Assembly (NCBI GenBank): GCA_964489715.1
Contig: CAZBAK010000002.1
Location: 10,266 to 74,265, forward strand
Length of the DNA stretch: 64,000 nucleotides
Direction: 5' to 3'
Origin: an uncultured Tissierella sp.
GTDB lineage: Bacteria; Bacillota; Clostridia; Tissierellales; Tissierellaceae
Below the pieces are notes generated by a model. It had not been told where the DNA came from and searched no databases. It saw nothing but the letters and a program-made list of their open reading frames with translations. Positions 60,494-64,000 of the stretch are shown here, in pieces (position 1 is the stretch's first letter; each line of letters starts with the position of its first letter). The position numbers and the translations under genes were made by a program.

Positions 60494-60600
60494 CTTTATC
60501 TCTCCTTGTAACTATATGAAAGAGCAATTTTTCCTAAGCCTCTATCATATGTTTTATTTTATTATATCATACAATAAGATTTTTTAGTAAAAACCAAGCT

Positions 60601-61761
60601 CTATTCTTTAAATAAGGAACAATTCTTCATCCTATCTATAGCTTCAATTATCTCTTCCTTATTTGAAGCAAAGGAAAATCTTATATAGCCTTCACCTGCA
60701 GAACCAAAAGCACTTCCTGGTGTAGTTATAACCTGTGTCTCCCTGATTAAGGTTTCAGCCACTTCCTGGCTGGAAAGATTTAAGTCCTTAATATTTGCAA
60801 AGGCATAAAAAGCTCCCTTTGGCATCTTGCAAGTAACTCCCTTTAGTTGGTTTAGTCCATTTACTAAAAGATCCCTTCTTTGGGCATATTCTTCTACCAT
60901 TTCTCCCACCCTATCTTGAGGTCCATTGATAGCTTCTATAGAAGCATATTGGGCTATGGAATTTACACAGGAGGATATATTCTGCTGGAATCTAACCATT
61001 GAAGCTATAGCTTCCTTAGGTCCTTGAGCATAACCTACTCTCCAACCTGTCATGGCATAGGTTTTAGATAGGGAATTTATAGTTATAACATAGTCTTTGA
61101 ATTCTTCAACAGAGCCTAGACTAAAGTGTTCATACTCATCATAAACTAACTTTTCATAGGGCTCATCAGATATGATCATAAGATCATATTCCTTAGCTAA
61201 TTTTCCTATTTTTCTTTGTTCTTCTTCTGGTATAATGCCTCCTGTAGGATTGGAAGGAGAGTTTATCATTATCACCTTGGTCTTGTCTGTTATCTTTTCC
61301 TTTATAGCGTCTGCCTTAATAGTAAATCCCTCTTCTTCAAAGGTATCCACTAAAACTGGTACTCCACCTAGCATTGTTATCTGTCCTAAATAATTAGGCC
61401 AGTAGGGATTGGGGACTATAACTTCATCTCCAGGATTTACAAAGGACATAAGAGATATGGCCAGGGCCTCTCCAGCCCCTGTAGTTACTATTATCTCATC
61501 TTGAGGGTTTGCCTCTATATTATTATCTCTCTTTAGCTTTCTTGCCAGGGCCTCCCTAAGTTCTATCATACCAATATTAGAAGTATATTTTGTATAATCC
61601 TTGTCCAGAGCTTCCTTGGCAGCATCCTTAATGTTTTCTGGAGTTGTAAATCCAGGTTCTCCTATACAAAGATTTATAACATTGTCATAATCACTTGCTA
61701 GATCAAACATCTTTCTAATACCTGAGGTAGTAATATTTAAAGCATTTCCACATAATCTCAT
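60601..61761 (-). CDS. PLP-dependent class I/II aminotransferase (AspB/PatA-like)
   Basis: IGEPGF.TP, NSPSNPTG, SDEPY, NSLSKTYAMTGWRVG, GAFYAF, GEGYIRFSFA. Confidence 0.9.
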   Translation of the reverse strand: MRLCGNALNITTSGIRKMFDLASDYDNVINLCIGEPGFTTPENIKDAAKEALDKDYTKYTSNIGMIELREALARKLKRDNNIEANPQDEIIVTTGAGEALAISLMSFVNPGDEVIVPNPYWPNYLGQITMLGGVPVLVDTFEEEGFTIKADAIKEKITDKTKVIMINSPSNPTGGIIPEEEQRKIGKLAKEYDLMIISDEPYEKLVYDEYEHFSLGSVEEFKDYVITINSLSKTYAMTGWRVGYAQGPKEAIASMVRFQQNISSCVNSIAQYASIEAINGPQDRVGEMVEEYAQRRDLLVNGLNQLKGVTCKMPKGAFYAFANIKDLNLSSQEVAETLIRETQVITTPGSAFGSAGEGYIRFSFASNKEEIIEAIDRMKNCSLFKE

Positions 61762-61837
61762 AATCTAAACTCCTTCATCTATTATATTTTATTTTATTTA
61801 ACTTTGGTTTCCAACTTAATTATCTCTGATTTATCTT

Positions 61838-61867
61838 AGTATATCCCATATATAAATCTATTGTCAA
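61838..61867 (-). promoter_or_regulatory. Putative sigma-A promoter of the aminotransferase
   Basis: TTGACA-N18-TATACT. Confidence 0.5.
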
Positions 61868-61905
61868 TACTAGGAAAGTCTAGGATTTTATATTGACCAG
61901 GATAT

Positions 61906-61933
61906 AAAAAAAGAATAGGTCTCCCTATTCTTT
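61906..61933 (-). terminator. Terminator after the ABC operon
   Basis: AAAGAATAGG / CCTATTCTTT inverted repeat with a U-tract on the minus strand. Confidence 0.65.
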
Positions 61934-62666
61934 AAGATAAAAATCTCCTTAAAAATTCCTTTGTTCTCTCTTCTCTTGGAGTGTTGAAGATTTGATCTGG
62001 AGCACCTTCTTCTACTATTACTCCATCGTCCATAAAGATAACCCTATCGGATACATCTCTTGCAAACTCCATCTCATGAGTTACTACAACCATTGTAAGT
62101 CCTTGCTTGGCTAAATCTTTCATAACCATTAAAACCTCTCCTACAGTTTCAGGATCAAGGGCAGAGGTTGGCTCGTCAAAGAGAAGCACATCTGGATCCA
62201 TAGAAAGAGCTCTGGCTATGGCAACCCTCTGTTTTTGCCCACCTGAAAGCTGAGCTGGTTTAGCATTTACATAGCTTTCCATACCCACCGTCTTGAGATG
62301 TTTTAAGGCCACCTGTTTTGCAAGAGCCTTATCTTTTTTCAAGACCTTTATTTGTCCTATGGTGCAATTTTCCAATACATTTAGGGTATTGAAAAGATTA
62401 AAATTTTGAAAGACCATACCTAGATGAGTTCTATAGTTGTTTATATCATTTTCATTGTTTAATATATTTTTACCCCTATAAATTATATCTCCACCACTGG
62501 GCTTTTCAAGTAAGTTAATACATCTTAGTAGTGTAGACTTTCCAGAACCAGATGAACCTATAATAGAAACTACTTCCCCTGAATTTACATGAAAGTCTAT
62601 ATCCTTTAAAACTTCATTTGTACCAAAACTCTTTTTCAAATGATTTATCTCAATTATTTTTTCCAT
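61932..62666 (-). CDS. Polar amino-acid ABC transporter ATP-binding protein
   Basis: [41 protein letters not shown]. Confidence 0.95.
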   Translation of the reverse strand: MEKIIEINHLKKSFGTNEVLKDIDFHVNSGEVVSIIGSSGSGKSTLLRCINLLEKPSGGDIIYRGKNILNNENDINNYRTHLGMVFQNFNLFNTLNVLENCTIGQIKVLKKDKALAKQVALKHLKTVGMESYVNAKPAQLSGGQKQRVAIARALSMDPDVLLFDEPTSALDPETVGEVLMVMKDLAKQGLTMVVVTHEMEFARDVSDRVIFMDDGVIVEEGAPDQIFNTPREERTKEFLRRFLS

Positions 62667-62689
62667 ATATTTTCCCTTCCATTCTTCAT

Positions 62690-63415
62690 CTATTCTGCTA
62701 CTTCTTCTATCTTAGAATAAGTACTGGATCCTGCCAACTTATCTTCAAACATCCTAAGTATCTTAGTCACAGTTAAAGTCATTATCAGGTAAATTGCACT
62801 AGTTATTAAAAATGGTTCATAAAACCTAAATGTGCTTCCAGCAATAGAACGTGTTTGGAAAAATAGCTCAGTAACACCTATAACACTAAGCATAGAAGTA
62901 TCCTTGATATTTACCACAAATTCATTTCCAGTAGCAGGAAGTATATTTCTCACTACCTGGGGAAGTATTATCTCTTTCATAGTAGTTACATGGTCCATAC
63001 CTATAGCATGGGCCGCTTCAAACTGTCCCTTATCTACAGAATTTATTCCACCTCTGACAATCTCAGCCATATAGGCTCCAGTATTTATGGACACTATAAA
63101 TATAGCTGCGTAAATTCTATTTATCTCTATTCCAAATTGAGACGCAACTCCATAATATATTACCATAGCTTGAACCATCATAGGTGTTCCTCGAAAAAAA
63201 CCTATATACATGGCCAGCAACCTATTGGCAACTCTTAAAACAACTCTCTTAGCTCCACTTTCAGGAACTGGAGTTGTCCTTACAACTCCTACCAATAGGC
63301 CTATTACTGCTCCTATTACTGTTCCTATTATAGATATCCAAAGTGTTATTCCAGCCCCTCTTATAAAGAAGGCCCAGTCTCTCATAAATATATCTCTCAT
63401 TACCCCAAAACTCAT
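62690..63415 (-). CDS. Polar amino-acid ABC transporter permease
   Basis: [35 protein letters not shown]. Confidence 0.95.
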   Translation of the reverse strand: MSFGVMRDIFMRDWAFFIRGAGITLWISIIGTVIGAVIGLLVGVVRTTPVPESGAKRVVLRVANRLLAMYIGFFRGTPMMVQAMVIYYGVASQFGIEINRIYAAIFIVSINTGAYMAEIVRGGINSVDKGQFEAAHAIGMDHVTTMKEIILPQVVRNILPATGNEFVVNIKDTSMLSVIGVTELFFQTRSIAGSTFRFYEPFLITSAIYLIMTLTVTKILRMFEDKLAGSSTYSKIEEVAE

Positions 63416-63437
63416 CTATTTTCTCTCCTTAAAACTA

Positions 63438-64000
63438 CTAATTAGCTGATGGTTGATTTAATATTGCCTCATCCATGATCTCTTGTCTTTCTTCTTTGGA
63501 AATCTTATTTATAGCTTCATTTATCTCATCTAAAAGTTCGCTTCCCTTTTTAAGTCCTACTGCTATAGCTGTATCTTCCTCTGAAGCTTGGAAACCATCT
63601 TCAAGTTCTACCATAAATAGATTCTCATTGGCAGCTGAAGCACTAACTCCCTCTGGTCTTTCTGATACATAGCCATCTATTATTCCAGATTCAAGAGCAA
63701 CTCTCATAGCTGGGAAATCTGCCATAGCTGTCTGCTTTTCCACTCCATCTATTTGATCTATTACACTATAGTGGAAGGTATTAAGCTGGCCTGTAATTTT
63801 TGCTCCCTTAAAGTCTTCTAAGCTCTTAGCATCTTCATATTCTCCCCCTCTTTTAACTACCATTACCAGATCTGAATTGTAGTAGTTATCAGAGAAATCT
63901 ATTTCCTTTTTTCTCTCTTCTGTTGGGCTCATTCCAGCTATTATTGCATCTACTGTTCCTGAGTTAACTGAAGGAAGAAGTCCATCCCAATCTGTTTTCA
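63438..64000 (-). CDS. Amino-acid ABC transporter substrate-binding protein (start lies beyond the window)
   Basis: Frame is open to the window end: KTDWDGLLPSVNSGTVDAIIAGMSPTEERKKEIDFSDNYY (SBP family 3). Confidence 0.92.
   Translation of the reverse strand, partial: KTDWDGLLPSVNSGTVDAIIAGMSPTEERKKEIDFSDNYYNSDLVMVVKRGGEYEDAKSLEDFKGAKITGQLNTFHYSVIDQIDGVEKQTAMADFPAMRVALESGIIDGYVSERPEGVSASAANENLFMVELEDGFQASEEDTAIAVGLKKGSELLDEINEAINKISKEERQEIMDEAILNQPSAN

Noticed and set aside
60494-60600. Purine riboswitch upstream of deoD
   Set aside because: The intergenic region is short and lacks the purine aptamer consensus.
1-64000. tRNA, rRNA, transposase, integrase or prophage genes
   Set aside because: None were recognised in the ORF track or in the intergenic sequence.

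Overview
AT-rich chromosomal window from an anaerobic low-GC Firmicute (gene content and order suggest Clostridia/Tissierellia; this is inference). Most genes are on the minus strand. It contains: a core block (pyrG, addAB-like pair, fba, fsa/tal, glpX, rho, rpmE, DUF1385, prmC); accessory genes (capD-like, ald, serpin, psuK-psuG, ECF sigma/anti-sigma, CWB2 surface protein); T-box-controlled leu and ilv operons; an iadA-nhaC-yitT operon; and a purine/nucleoside salvage cluster followed by an amino-acid ABC transporter. Main observations: (1) a ~600-nt leader behind a perfect sigma-A promoter carries four copies of a structured motif (core AGGACG[U/G]GAAACCUG[A/G]CUGA) that I cannot match to any riboswitch I know, ahead of two adenine-deaminase-family genes and a nucleobase permease; (2) the CTP synthase has Ser in place of the glutaminase nucleophile Cys plus coordinated changes in glutamine/GTP motifs, suggesting an ammonia-only enzyme; (3) GTAG-type REP-like inverted repeats flank the serpin gene; (4) a T-box with Stem I largely deleted; (5) an in-frame TAA in ilvC; (6) an unannotated 29-aa membrane peptide. 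All calls come from motif recognition by eye; no database searches were run.
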